This document shows positions 12,301-27,300 of a DNA stretch of 64,000 nt, one piece after another. Below the pieces are notes generated by a model. The model had not been told where the DNA came from. It worked only from the letters and a program-made list of their open reading frames with translations, and ran no database searches. Source of the stretch: Lytechinus pictus (lineage: Eukaryota); assembly GCF_037042905.1 (NCBI RefSeq), contig NC_087246.1, positions 3,722,001-3,786,000 on the forward strand, given 5' to 3'. A program made the translations under genes and the position numbers. Position 1 is the stretch's first letter, and every line of letters starts with the position of its first letter.

Positions 12301-15300
12301 GCATCACAGCAAACTGAAAAGAAGGGACGGAGCAAGCTGCCGAATGCATCATAATTTTGAGAGGGGCATTGCGGCAAGTTCGGTGGGCATTGCCCCAAAT
12401 TGTCTATTGCCAGCCGGGTAATATGAGCCCTGGAATCATATTCAAAGTATGAAGAATTATGTTAACTATTATTCATTTAAGTTATAAAAATGACAATTAT
12501 TTCTGAATGATTACAAAGAAGTAAGCTTCTGTATTGAAATATAACAAAAAATTATAGATGTTACTGGGTTTATATTATTACATAGAACGGTTCATGAAAG
12601 CTTTATAATTTGTATTCATTAATGAAACTGAAAAATTACTGTAAAGCTTTATAACTATATTTCTACATACTATTTCAAAACTCATATGACAACAGTATTT
12701 CTGATGACTTCACAGTCAAACCTCTCAAAATGTAATTTTCAATTATATTTATATCTAAATTAAAGCATCTGAGATATTGTGAAATTAAACATTTATATCA
12801 CTTTCCACTTAGAACAGATTGTATTATTATTTATCAAGGTTGTATCTGTTTCTGTTGCATCAGTATTCCTTCTTCCATTTGAAATTTTATAAAGGAAAAG
12901 AATCACAGCCTCATATTGACAGTGAGGTGAAAATGTCAACATTTTCTTTTTAAATGAAACCAATTTTAAACATTTCAGTTAATTCAAAGGGTAATAAATG
13001 CTGCAATAAAATTTCAAGGATAGGACTCACTGCCTGTGTGATAATTTTCAGTCATTGTAGTAAATTAATAAATTAATTTCATTGTAATATAATCAAGCTA
13101 ATGCATTATGCTCTTGTATCCCTTAATTGTTGAGTGCGAATGGGTATATTGCATATATTTGCTATGTACTGTGAGGTAGTGGGATAATATATAGATAGAT
13201 AGATAGATGGATGGATGGACGGAGAGAAAGACATATATAGGTCAACATAATATAAGTATGCTGTCTAAGATAAATGGAAAGATGATACATAGAAAAATGG
13301 AGAGACAAATGGATATATTTTATGGATAATGTCAGGTTACATTATGACCTAGCATATTATAACGCAGTCCTTATTCCTGTATTATTTGGAAATCACCAAT
13401 GACCAAATTATACCTTATTGTAATGTTAAAATTTCTTATTTTAACTGTTGATATATTATGTAGCTAGTGACTCTGAAAATGAGTGTAGATTTGTATGCAT
13501 TTTATGAATAGGGCATTCATGTTGTGTTTGCATCATTTTGAAAATAAATCATAGTATAAAAACATACTGCAATTCACCCCTGTTGCACCAATTTTCTGCC
13601 CTTCAATTTGGATTTCCCTCTGACAAGAATTAATGTGACCTTCTGCCTTTGTCACATATCACTTGACAAATGAATTCAATCATCAAAATGCCGCTTTAAT
13701 TGTAAAATGATTTTTCCAGGCTTTTTCAGATAATACAGTTTAATTAAGATATTTGCTATATCATTGAACTTGAGCCAAAAAGTGGGTCATAATGCTAGAG
13801 GAGTGCATACTGTTTGTGCCTGGATCATGTCAAATGGGGGCACTTATCAATATCACTTCACTGAATAGTAAGAGCCTGTCATGAGCTTTTAGTAGACAAT
13901 ACATTAATAAAGTTGGATTTTCATATGAAAAAAATATATATCATTAAAAACTTTTCAGACTTATGCATCTCTGCACTCATTTGCAACTTCAAAAATTAAT
14001 ATCTCAAAAGAGTAAATTATTTTGTAAACAAGTGCCTTTTGAATTGGGTTATATTAGATTGGCATGTTGTATGTTACATAAGGCATACCACTGATGAAAT
14101 ATAAACAGGTGTGATACTAAATAGCTTGGTGGTATTCATGTCCACTTAATAATAATAATAAAGAATTTTTAAGTACAAGAAATAAATAAGGACAAATATT
14201 AAAAGACACCATAAAAACATGTATCTGGTGTTTTAGATTATTGCGAGGGGCATGGTATATTGACTTGATGCTTTCGCTCTGTGCATACTGGTAGACATGA
14301 CATTTAGAGGATGTGCAACCGCAAGGAGTAATGAGTCGTGAAAGGATGCTGATAATTGTATTAAAATGAGAGAGTAATTCCTACTCTTGGTATCATGGCT
14401 TCATGTGAGAGTGAGTTAATTGGGTGTTGCTGCCTCCAGGGAATTTAGCAGTGGGCTACAGAGGTGTTGGGACCAGGATGGATTGGAATAAGAGGTGAAA
14501 GAGTTGGGAAGGGGTAGAGGGTACAAGGTGCAGTGTGTTTATCTTGAAAGTTAGTTTATTTCATTTAAAATTGTGTGAAGGGTTACATGTTAAAACATAA
14601 ATACTTTGTTTCAATGTTGTTTTCTCAGTCTCCTGCAAAACATTTCCTGTGCAAAGTTAAAATAGTTACAAACAACTATAACTGTCATTTAGTTACCACT
14701 GGTCACTCACTTTGCAGTCACTGTCTTTAAAATATATGATTTAGATCATTTTGTTTCCTTCATTATGGGATTTTTCTTTAAAAGAAAGTGTATTCTAAAA
14801 TTTCTTTTTATATTTATGACCATGACTTGCAACTACATTACCATTTACCAGTTGCATGATTGGCTTGTCAACAGTCAAAGATCATGTGACATCAGTCAAT
14901 CTTATAGATGCTTCAAGAGACTTTTTTGTAATCTATCAGTCGCAAATTTGTGATTGATTTTTGATTTATAACTACCCTGGTATAGGGGATCTGTGTTTAT
15001 ATGTACTTTCTGTTTCAAGGAACAGACAAGTTATCAATCGCAAATTTTCGATGGATTACAAGGTATTTGCAAAGATGTCATTAAATTCGGGACCTTAAAT
15101 CTACTTGCTATTGTCTTGTTATCCCTTTGACCATTGCATAGGCCCTACATAATTATAAAGTGTAGGTTAAGCATAATTTTTACCTCAAAATATTGCTTCT
15201 ATTCATTTAATGTGGCATGTGACTTAAAACCTGAGCAAATTGTAGCATTAAAGATTTGTCCCAAAAAAGTTGTTTTGATAGGTTTGTCAGTCTGGGAACC

Positions 15301-18300
15301 TCAGAAGCCTGCATTGTACAACTGTCCAAACATTGAGTAGGTGTGTAGATCAATAATGAACTATCATGACCTTTCTATCTCCTGTACTTTTTCTCCTTCG
15401 CTATGTTTTGCAGCTGGATGAAACATACAGAGAGGAGAGAGTATAGATGGAGGGGTGGAGGAGACGGGGGAGGGAAAGAAAGAAAGAAAGTGAGTGGGAG
15501 AGTTAGTTGGAGGGAGGGAGGAAAGGAAGTTGAAGACTGAAAAATGATGGCATTTGTTAAAATGAATTAAGTGACTGACAGCGAGGGGAGGCAGAAAGGG
15601 ATAGAGAAGATTGATAAGGGAGAATGTTCAGCAATCCTGGATAAGTAGACTATAAACTAACTACTGTGAAGTTTTAAATGTGAGAATAAGGGAAAAATAT
15701 TGAGGAAGGGGTATTGGGATAAGGATTTCCCAACAAAGATCATCAAATTAATTTGGTAATTAAAGGAGGGAGAATAACAGAAAAAAATAAGCTCGCAAAG
15801 TGGGACATCCAAAGGCCTAAAAAGATATTGATATGTTGCCCTCTCATGCTTAAAATCATAAAGTTTTGCCGGCTGGTCGATTGCAGTTTTAAAAATCTTA
15901 TTTTGTTTTAAATATATAATTGCAGCTGTGCTGCACAAAAAAATGATAATGCTTGGGATGATTTATTTATGCATTAAAACTTCATATTTAAGTGTTTTTT
16001 AAGCCATTAAATACAAATTAGGGTATTTTTTTTGCCCAAATCTGGCATTTTCTTACAAAAACATTGCATTTGTATATTTTGTGTCTGCTAAAGAAAATTT
16101 AAAAAAGAAGCAACCCTGTCGCATTTTACGGTCTGTCAGTTGGATGAGGGCAGCAATTTTTAGGCCTTATTTCAGCATATATGCTTTCTAGTACTTTCTA
16201 AAAGTCTCTCTGTCAGACTCCCAAAAATATATATTTGTTATTGTCCTGAAATTATGAAGTATTTGCTGCTCGTAATTTAAGTAATATTGCTGTTTCCAAT
16301 CTTTTCTTTTTCATTTTGTCGATTGGCTTTCCTCTTTATAAAGCATTCAAAAACCTTCTTCATTGCCTGTTGACATCTGTCATACAATTCACTGCAGGCA
16401 TATCAGACTAACATGATTAAACCCATCCAGAATTGCACTAGTGAAAACATTCCTCCATTGTGTGTCTCTGATTTTATCCATTTTGTCCCCACCTTTTCCT
16501 CCTCCTCCTCCTCCTTCTTCTTCTTGCTGCCCTGCTATATTTCTCCTGCTGCAGCCTAATATCTTCTTCCATCACCTTTTTTCTTTGTTTGATGATTCCA
16601 TCTTATCCAATCTTATTTGGTCATTCTTTGTTTTTGTATGATATAGATTGGCAGGATGATCAAGAGGATGATGGACCTCTGCTATCTCATTGGAGCTCTG
16701 AAGATGTCCTTAGTCCAGGTTCATTAGAAGGTATGTAATAATAAAGTTATTATGAATAATACAATGATTCATAATACACTAGTAGATATGCAGTTCAAGA
16801 AATCTTTTGGACTTCATTCCAGTTTAAGTTCTACAGTGATTGTCTGTCAGCAAATTGCCAGAAATTATAAGATTTTGTTTTCTTTTCTTTTTTGAATCTT
16901 TATTGCTTCAATAAAATAAAATATATGTACAATATTCATCGTGTACAACAAGATACATCAATATTCATCGTAATGAAGATAAAGTACATCATTAAATACA
17001 TAACAAATAAAAGCAAGTCTCAACTTAAATCAAAATTAGTAAAAGGTCTCCATTTTTAGCTCATCCGGCCCGAAGGGCCTGATGAGCTTATGCCGTGGTG
17101 TGTCGTCCGTCCACAATTTCAAAATGCTTCTTTTTCGCCATTTCAAGTCCGATTTCAATTCTGTTTGCTTAATATGATAGCACTAGGTGGGGGATTCAAA
17201 ACTTCTCCACAGAATTTTGAAACTCATTAAATATGCTAATTTATGTGCATTTTTCAAAATTCACAAAAAATGCTTCTTCTTTATTTGTTGACCTATTTTG
17301 AATTTTTTGCTTCCATCTGGTAGAGCTTGATGAGGTTCACCAAACTTCTACACAGAATTTTGAAATTTTGACTAGAACAATTTTTATGCTAATTTATGCA
17401 AAATTAATTTATGCATATTTTTAAAAATTCGCATAAAACGCTTCTTCTTCTTTATTTGTTGACTGATTTTGATTTTTTTTCTTCCATCTGGTAGAGCTTC
17501 ATGAGGTTCACCAAACTTCTACACAGAATTGTTTAATTTGGAGTAGAAAATTATTTATGCTAATTTACGCAAGATTTATTCATAAATCACAGAAAATGCC
17601 TCTTCTTTTATTGTTGACTGAATTTCAAAATGCTTCAGACTTCACCGTCATTTCAAGTCTGATTTCAATTCTGTTTGCTTTATATGATAGCATTAGGTGG
17701 GGGATTCAAAACTTCTACACAGAATTTTGAAACTCATTAAATATGCTAATTTATGCGTTTTTTAAAAGATTCACTTAAAATGCTCCTTCTTCTTTAATTG
17801 TTGACAGATTTTGATTTTTTCTTCCATCTGGTAGAACTTCATGAGGTTCACCAAACTTCTACACAGAATTTTGAAATTTTCAGTAGAAAATTATTTATAG
17901 TAATTTATGCGAGATTTATTCATAAATCACAGAAAATGGCTCTTCTTTATTTGTTGACCAATTTTGATTTTTTTTTCTCCCATCTGGTAGAGCTGCATGA
18001 GGTTCACCAAACTTATACACAAATTTTTAAAAATTTTCTCTAAAAAATTATTTATGCTAATTTATACAAAATTTATTCATAAATCACAAAAAATGTTTTT
18101 TCTTCTTCATTTGTTGATCAATTTCAATTTTGTTTGCTTTGTGTGATAATTCGAGGTGGTGATACAAGATTTCAACACAGAATTTTGTAACTCATTAAAT
18201 ATGCTAATTTATTCATATATTTTCAAAACTCACAAAAAAATACTTATTTATCTGTTGATTGATTTTGCTTATTTTTGTTCCATCTGAGATCTACATGAGG

Positions 18301-21300
18301 TTCACCAAGGTTCTACACAGAGTTTAGAATTTTTGACGAGAAAATTATTTATGCTTAATGTATATGAAATTTATTCATAGATCACAAAAAATGCTTCTAT
18401 GTCATTTGTTCTTCAATTTCAATTCTATATCCTCAATTTATGTCACCATTATAATTCACTACATTGTCAACTGGGCTGAAATTAAAATTGTGTTAAATTT
18501 CGTTGCGAGATGCCGGATGAGCTCCACATCATTGATATGCTAGTTTATAATGTAGCATCTCCTTGCCCTTTTTAAAAGCAATAAACTTTTCAATATTTTC
18601 AACAAATTTCAACTCATTTATGAATAAAGCTAATGAAAGTTGTCCTTCTTGACATTTTGTTCTGAAAATGAAGTATTTTGCAAATAAAATTATTGTGTTT
18701 GAGAGATGTTGAAACTTACTTGGAAAACCAAAACATATATCAATATTTGAAAATTTGTGACAACTTATATTGTGGAGTGGAGCGTTGTGGCCCAGTGGAT
18801 TAGTCTTCAGACTTTGAAACAGAGGGTCGTGGGTTTGAATCCCAGCCATTGCGTAATTTCCTTCAGCAAGAAACTGATCCACAGTGTGCTGCACTCAACC
18901 CAGGTGAGGTTAATGGGTACCGGTAGGAAGTAATTCCTTAAAAAGCTGTGTGCGCTATGAACGCCTAGCTTAGCCGTGTAATATAGGAGCGCCTTGAGCA
19001 CCTAACAAGGTGGATATGTGCGCAATATAAATACCCTATATTATTGTGAAAACCAAGTATTTAGAAGCAATAGGGCATAAACAGAATAAATGTATCAAAG
19101 TTTGTGGTTCAGTTTTACAAAAATTACACAATGGTGAATTCTTCACACCTATCTTAAATAGATACTCATTAGTTGATATACGCCGGTGAATAAACTTATA
19201 CTGGAACATTTTCTAATCCAAAGTAACCCAATAAATAGTCAAAAATCTATTTTGCCATTGGATCAAAAGACTTAGATCTACATTTAAATCATCAGACCAT
19301 TTTTCACACTGCTTGGTTTCTGATATATCTAAACAATGTTTTTTTATAAGTTTTTAATAGCAGGATTAAGTTACCTTCTTATAACTTATAAATCTCTTTA
19401 AACTATTTACATCGGCAGATTCATCATTTGTAACACTTGATCTTAAAGTATATTTCCATTCTTATTTTTAAACAAAAAATCAAAGAAAAATATTCTAAAT
19501 AACACTTTTTAGGCAGATTAAAGTCATCTTGAAGTTCATGAAAAGTTTTGAATAGTCCATTATTCTTTATGATATATTTTATATATAAAATACCTACTTC
19601 AAACCATTGTTAAAAAAATATTGTTTTACCGTCTATTTTCATATAAGAGTTATTCCACAATGATTGATTTAAAATATCTTTATATTTAACTCGGTTGAAG
19701 TATCTGTAATGAGACCATGAAGTTAAGACATCTTTCCTAAAACTATTCATGCGTTTATCCAAGTCTTTATCTGTAAAGTTACATTGTAAAATATAATCAC
19801 TGCCTATCTTATTCATATTTATATAAAATAACGTCTTCCAGTTACCTTCGTTTTCTTTGTCTAAGATTCTTTTGACCCAAGCTATTTTCAGTGTCTGACA
19901 AAAAGTTTCTGTATGAATCATTTTCAAACCACCATCACCTATATCGTTGTACAATATTTTTCTTTTTATACGATCTTTCTTATTACTCCAAATGAATAAA
20001 AAAGTTTACTTTGGAGAGAATCAAAGACTGTTTTGGTGGATTCTGAATAATACTAAATAAATACACAATTTTTGAATTATTAGAGATTTGATGACAGTTA
20101 TCTTCCCAGCTAATGATAACGTTCTCATATTCCATACTTGCAGTATATGTCAGCCTGTTGTATTTTATCATCAAAATTTAAATGATATATGTCCAATTCA
20201 TCAGAAACAGGTATTTTTATTCCTAGATAAGATATGCATCTTTTACCCATTTAACTTTACTTTCTTTGAAATTATTATTTTTAACAATTCATCTATTCAT
20301 ATTACGTTACTCTTCTCAATGTTTAAATTCAAACCTGATATATTTCCAAAGTAATTTAGGATGGAACAACAATTTTCAAGATTTTTCTCCGTAGCTGATA
20401 AGTATATGATTGTATCATCTGCGTATTGGCTTAATCTTATTTCTTTATTTCCAACCTGAATCCCTTGTATCTCTGTAGATTGTCTTATCAATGCCCCTAA
20501 AATTTCAGCCCCTATTAGAAAAAGATATGGGGAGAGTGGGCACCCAATTATACGATATTAATAAAATGACTTTTGTGAGCATGTATCAATCCATCATCTG
20601 GAGGCCATACAGGTTGATATGATTGTGAGCTGATTTGGTCTTTGCTTTGATCAAAACACTTGCAGTGAAACAAATCCTTGATAATCTCAAATTCAGTCAT
20701 CCTCCAATCATTTTTAACCTCTCATGGAATAATTGTACATCCATAATAAACTGATATTGCTTTCCACCATCAGATGAAGCAGGAGGCTCTCAATTTGCTG
20801 GTAACCTGCAGTCAGACATCACAGTACTCTTCTTGGTGCTTCATGGTGGTAATGTCCTGGATGGTATGCAGGAGACAGGGGCAAAGAGCAGTGATATCAA
20901 CACCTTCAAGACTGCCTTTGATGCAGTGGTGAGGGCGCATTTCCCCGTAGCACAGGGTCACATAGCGGTCAAGCTGGTGTCATGTCCACCAACATGCCAT
21001 GAAGCTGTAAATTTGATAACAAGGTAGGATTGAACGTTAGTTACTGATTTTTTGTAAGAAAGCTGTTCATGTTGTCTCCTTCAGTCAATATCACGGTCAA
21101 AATAAAATTATGGTGGAAACAAATTTTATTGATGCAGCAAATTTGGATAGTCCTCTTGAAACAATGTAGAATGGTTAATCATATAATATTTGTTTGATTG
21201 GGAAAGGTTATCCCACAATGCACTCAAACAACCATAATTGTGGAAACTATGGAGGTGCCGTGGCCAAGTGGTCTAAGGCGCCTGGCTATACATGGAAAGT

Positions 21301-24300
21301 CCGGGGTTCGATCCCCAGCCAAGGCACCTATGCCTGTGAGCAAGGCATTTAATCAACAAGGCTCTTTTATCTTGCATTCAGACAAATGTAAATGCTATAC
21401 GCATTATTGATAACTAGGTGTGCACTTGTTTTTTTTTTTTAATAATAATAATAATAATTGTGGAAATTGGTGTGTATATAGTGATGAATTTCATGATGAA
21501 ATGATGCTTGAATTTATCTCTTGATAATACTCTCATTTTCTTTGAATTCATGATGTGTGTTAGAACACCCAAACTTCACTCTTTTATTGTACAGTGCGTC
21601 CCACAAAAAACGAAACCGAGATTTATCGATGATTTACTAAGATTATTTCTCATTCACGCATGAGTGAGCAAAAACAATTTGAAGAGGGTATACCAAAAAG
21701 TCATTTGGCGGGCTGTATCTGGGTTTCAAAAAGAAAACCACATTTCTAAAAGGTTCAATGTCTGCTCTTTAATTTGATACCTCAATTACAGAAAATGGTC
21801 AAGAAATAAGAAAGTTCTGGTTATTTGAAATAAGGCTTGAATTTCAATAATTTCATAAAATGAAGAGGTTTTACAGGCTTGCGTTCAAACTCACTCGACA
21901 CTCCGTTTTGTTGACGATCAGCCATGCATGAAGTCTTTTGTTAACTACGCGATAGCTTCTGTGGGAAACTGGTGAAAACACGTTTATTTAATGAAATTAT
22001 GGAAATACAAGCATTGTTTCGAGGGAACGTAACTTTTTTACTTCTTGACCATTTTTTGTGATTAAGGTATCAAATTAAAGAGCAGATATTGAACTTTTTA
22101 GGCACGTTATTTTCTTTTTAAAATTCAGATACCCCCCGCCAAATGAGTTTTTGGTATCCTTTCTTCAAATTGTTTTTGCTCACTCATGCGTGAATGAGGA
22201 TTAATCTAAGGAATATCAGATGAAAGAGGAGATTCTATGCTTTACATTGGTAGGTCATTTGTCTATTGTATTTGTGATTAAGTTATGATAAATCATCGCT
22301 AAATCTCGGTTTCGTTTTTTCTGGGACGCACTGTATAATGCTGCAATAGATACTGCATCAATTATAGCTTATTCCTTTTGTATGTAGGCCTACTGTTTAA
22401 TCTGGGTTGCTAATTTTGTTTTTGATATAGCCTTGGGCCATGTGGTGTTGATGCCACATCATCAGCCTTTGACAACAAGCTGCAGACAAACACAGATTTT
22501 GTTCCCATCGGAGCTCTCTCTATCATGGCCACCTCCAACCCTGACTACCTAGAGTCTGTTACTGCTACTGTTGGCAAGATGAATGCTGCTTACCATGAGT
22601 TTGTTAAGTCACAGGAAGGCCATGGATTCCAAGGACAGGTATCTTAAACCTAAACCTTCTCTGAGATTTGTTGTATTTATAGTAAAATTAATATTTTATC
22701 TTCACTGGTCTTACAATATTCAACGCAGGCTAAGAATATTTGTTGCTGGGACAACATAATTTTATTACATGTATTCGCAGTGTTTTTTACAATGCTGGTG
22801 TCAGCGAGTCTTAACCATTCAATGTGTTATTTTACCTAGAGATAGCTGGAGAAATGATTAATATTCAAGTCAAGATTTCAGTATCACATGATTCTCATAC
22901 AGCATGGTAATAATCCCAGGACACACTTTCTCAGTGTAGCCTTGGTAATAAGTACATGTGTACTTGGCCTACGAGAATTTGTTTTTGGAAGAGATCACAT
23001 AAAACTCATTCATGATGCAATGGTGAATTTGTTCATTAATAAGATGTATCTTCTATTTTTGTTGTTCCCAGGTGTGTGTTGTAGGAGACTGCATGGGTGC
23101 CATCCTAGGATATGATGCATTAGCTAGGGGTACATTTATCACCCCACAGCAGTATCTCTCACCATCAATCAGCACCATGAGTAACTGTACCTTCTATGAT
23201 GCACCCATCTCCCCTCCAGGCTCATCCACGCCCCCTTCTGGCTCCCCCACCCCTAATAGTATATCCCCTGCCACGCCCCCTGGGAACATCAACCAGCTCT
23301 CACCCACTCCTGTACAGTCTTCTATCCTTACCCACAAGTGTCCCAGTAACAGTACAATTGAGATGCTGAGGTCCACTGATGCATTTGATGGGGGGCCAAG
23401 GAAGCCCACTGCTACTAGTTCAAACAACCTCCAAGCAATGCATGATACTGCCGCAAGGTAAACTTTTCTCTATTTTTTTACCTGTATATTCATCCTGTAA
23501 TTGATATCTGATAGATAAGCATCTACATGAAGCATCTACTTGTAAAAAGTTCACATTTTTTCCGATGGTAAATCAATTTACTAGTAGGTTGATATGGAAT
23601 AAAATATAAGGATAGCAAGAAATCTTTTTCCAGCAGAAGTGTGTGTTATATCCCTCCTGCCTTTCTTTCACTGCATACCTTCTCATTCTGATACATCTCT
23701 TGTGTATCAAACCTCTCTCCTTTTTTTGTCTTGCCTGCATAGCAGAGCGAGACTATAGGCGCTGCTTTTCCGACAGCGGCAGCGTCGTCAACATCAAATA
23801 TTAGCCAAAGGTTAAGTTTTTGAAATGTCATCATAACTTAAAGTATATGGGCCAAGTTCATGACACTTGGAGATAATGGTTATCAAGTATTACTGAACAT
23901 CTTGCCAGAGTTTGAGGTCACATGATCAAGGTCAAAGGTCATTTAGGGTCAATGAACTTTGGCCATGGGGGTATTTGTTGATTTCCATCATAACTTTAGA
24001 AGTTTAGTGATCTTGTTCATGAAACTTGGACATAAGAGTTATCAATTATCACGGGACATCCTGTGTGAGTTCCAGGTCACATGACCAAGGTCAAAGGTCA
24101 TTTAGGGTCAGTGAACTTCGATTAAAACGAAAATGTTTTAAATGTTATAACTCTGAAAGTATGTAGATCTAGTTCATGAAATTTAGACATAAGAGTAATT
24201 AAGCATCAGTGAGTTTCAGGTCACATGACCAAGGCCAATGAACTTTGGCCATGTTGGGGTTATTTGTTGAATTGCCATCATTACTTTGAAAGTTTATGGA

Positions 24301-27300
24301 TTTAGTTCATGAAATAAGGACTTAAGGGTAATCAAGTATCACTGATTGTCTTGCACAGATTCAATGATCGTCTTGCACAGGGTCAATGAACATTGTATTT
24401 TATCATCATATGAATGGTGTTTTTGTCTCGCCCACCAGAGGTGAAGACTTAGGGATCCAAATGTCATCCGTCACAAACCTTATGACACATAACTCCACAA
24501 CCGTAAGTCGCTTTTCAACCAAACTTGAATGGTAGATGGACTTGGGGGACCTGCATGTTATGCTGCAGTCGGGGGTCACATGGTAAGGTCAAAGGTCATT
24601 TTCAGGTCAACGTTAAACTTTACATGCAAGACTCTCTTATGACACCTAACACCGCAACCGTAAGTCACTTTTCAACCAAACTTTGTTAGTAGATGTGCTT
24701 AGGTGACCTGCATGTTATGTTGCAGTCGGAGGTCACATGGTAAGGTCAAAGGTCATTTTCAGGTCAACATTAAAGTTTACGTGCAAGTCTCTTATGACAA
24801 GTGTTATTCCATCCCAGTCATGTCACAATGAAGTTTCAATACAATTCTGTTGCGTGCCCTCGCAAATCACGATACTTCTGGTTATTTTCGTAAGTGGGCG
24901 AGACACAAAATCACTTTTGCCTTGTTTTGTAAATGATTAATCTATATTCGTTTTCAAAGTCAGCACTGCTGCTATATTGAATCATGTAATGCAGGCGAGA
25001 TTGCCAGAGGTGCTCCACTTGTTTCCTCTTTTCACCACTTCACTCAATAATTGACATTGGGTAATATGAAGTTTTAGTGTGTATTGTAGTAGCTAAAAAT
25101 GAAAAGTTAATGTCAATAATGAACTGCTCAATTTGGACTCTTGTATTCTGAAGCACTGTCCTTTTAAATAGGTCTTTGTGAAACTGCCACACTATGATAG
25201 TGTTAGTTGCCTCTGCTAAAGTAATAGAGAAGGCAACCATGTATATTTTTTTCAAACCTTTTGTCTTGAGTATCATTTTGTTTATTAGCATCTTCAGTGT
25301 CAGTGTCAGACTGTTTCTGTGAATAAACATACTTAGATTAATTTTCAAGCTATTTTTCTAACCAATGTAAATCTATTACAGGTATACAGCACCATCCCAT
25401 GAGAGATTGAAGCGTTTTTCCAATCCGATAGCTTTCTCTAACCGTGACTCAGTGCAGAGCTACAGCTCTGATATCGGCCCTGACGGCAGGAGAATCAGCC
25501 TCTGTTCACAGGTCAGTATGACCTCTGACATGATGCTACCAAAGGTTGAATTTGAGGTCACACATTTCTTCATGTTTGGTTCACCACTCGGCCTGGTGCT
25601 TGCATACAGGAGATCACTGCAGGACTTCAGACCAAGTAAGTCCTCTCTTTTCTAAGCAAGGTCAAGTTTGAACAAGATAGCCAATCTTTGGTTCCCTCTT
25701 TCTCATAAATTTCCAAACCACAGTAAGATTTGAGAAAATCTGTTTCATTCTCTACAAAGAGAAATAAGACGTAATCAAGATGATTGGGATGTGACTAGTT
25801 AGATGTATTTTGCCTACTTGCTAGACATAAAAGTTTCTTGTCATATGTTTTATGAAACGATATCAATTGCTGAGTACAGGTATAGTCTTTGTAAGAGGTA
25901 ATGTCTATAATGTGTGTACCTTGAACATGATACATGGGGATTCCACTTAATGTTTATGTGTGAAGGACCGTATTCTTGAAAGTGGTTTCAGTTGTACCAT
26001 GGTATTAAACCATAGACTATGCAGATTTCCGTTCATATATTACGCTTATTTCATTGCATACACTAAGGAAAATCAAATTAAATCTGCGCTTTTGGCAAAG
26101 TGTGCTAAAAGAAAAGTGTGATAAAATTATAAATCTGCGTTAATCATAGTTCGTACCATTGTGCTATTGAAACCTCTTGAGAGAATATGAGCCAATTAGT
26201 TTTACCCCAGACCATGATGTGTCAAGAACAGAGGGAATGCAGTAGTAACATTTTAAAAGTCATGAACTAATGATCATTTGTTCCCCTTTTGATACATTCT
26301 TCTACCACCAGCCCTGCCTTTAAAACCAGCCTGCAGTCAGCTTTACAACCTGTTCCATCGGACCGATCCCTCAGCAGCCCGACTAGAACCTCTCCTACAC
26401 AGCAAGTTTTCCGTAGTGACCCCATTCTCTGTAGAGAGGTATCAGAAGTATCCCATGGGTGATGGAAGGTCTAGTGGACTCAGTAAGTACAGGATTCTCC
26501 AATTAAAGGCCTTGGTTTGTTGCAGATATCAATTATTTGGAGGGGAAAATAGATAAAAATCAACATGAATTGTAATCCTTTCCAATCCAAAGCGCTGCAC
26601 ACACACTACTCAACGTTTGGGCCACCTAAACAATATTTCAACATCTCAGAATGATCAGCTTGGTCCATGTAAATTTCTGACATAATTCAGTGCAAGAGAA
26701 ATGTTATGAAATTATTGAAAGATGTTGAACATTGAGTAGGCCTATGCAGACTTGCCAACCAGTACGTTTTTGGTGTATTTAGTACGTTTTTGCAACCAAA
26801 ATACGGCAGTACGTTTTTTCTTTTAAAACTATGTTTTTGTATAAAATTTTTTATTGTTTTTACAAAATCGTAATTTATTGAAAAAAATCATCTCTATATG
26901 TCTATATTTCATAAAACTTACACAAATATGGTTATATGATCAATGTAATTTCAGGTAACTTGTTTTTTTTTCAATCATTTTGTTAAAACCAGGGTGAAAT
27001 ATACACATGTTTAAATGTTTTGTTTTTTTTTCATCTGCAAGAGCAGTGTGCATTTCAGCTTGCATGCAGCTTGAGCGCCGCGATGAGCAAGTGCGCCACA
27101 CATTTTATTATGAAATACACTTTTTTGGGGAATAATACACTTTTTTTTATCACAGAATACACTTTTTCATTCCCAGAGGTTGGTAGGTCTGCCTATGCTT
27201 AAATTTGCCAACACACGTACATGTAAGCATGTGTATTAGTTGTAACATTATTATTCAATTCTTACAAAAGTTTGTTGTTTCGTTGTATTATATTTTGTTT

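Larger units (their letters stand above)
16877..20545 (-). mobile_element. 5'-truncated, decayed L1/Tx1-clade LINE (RT to ORF2 C-terminus), interrupted by a HINE and a SINE
   Basis: Minus-strand fragments [78 protein letters not shown]-rich tail on +; candidate TSD aattataagatttt (16863-16876) / aattatacgatatt (20546-20559). Confidence 0.85.

Noticed and set aside
18775..21330. tRNA genes at about 18780, 21255 (and 28675)
   Set aside because: The tRNA-like heads run into SINE bodies with simple-repeat tails, and the first two have TSDs; no clean cloverleaf with terminator.
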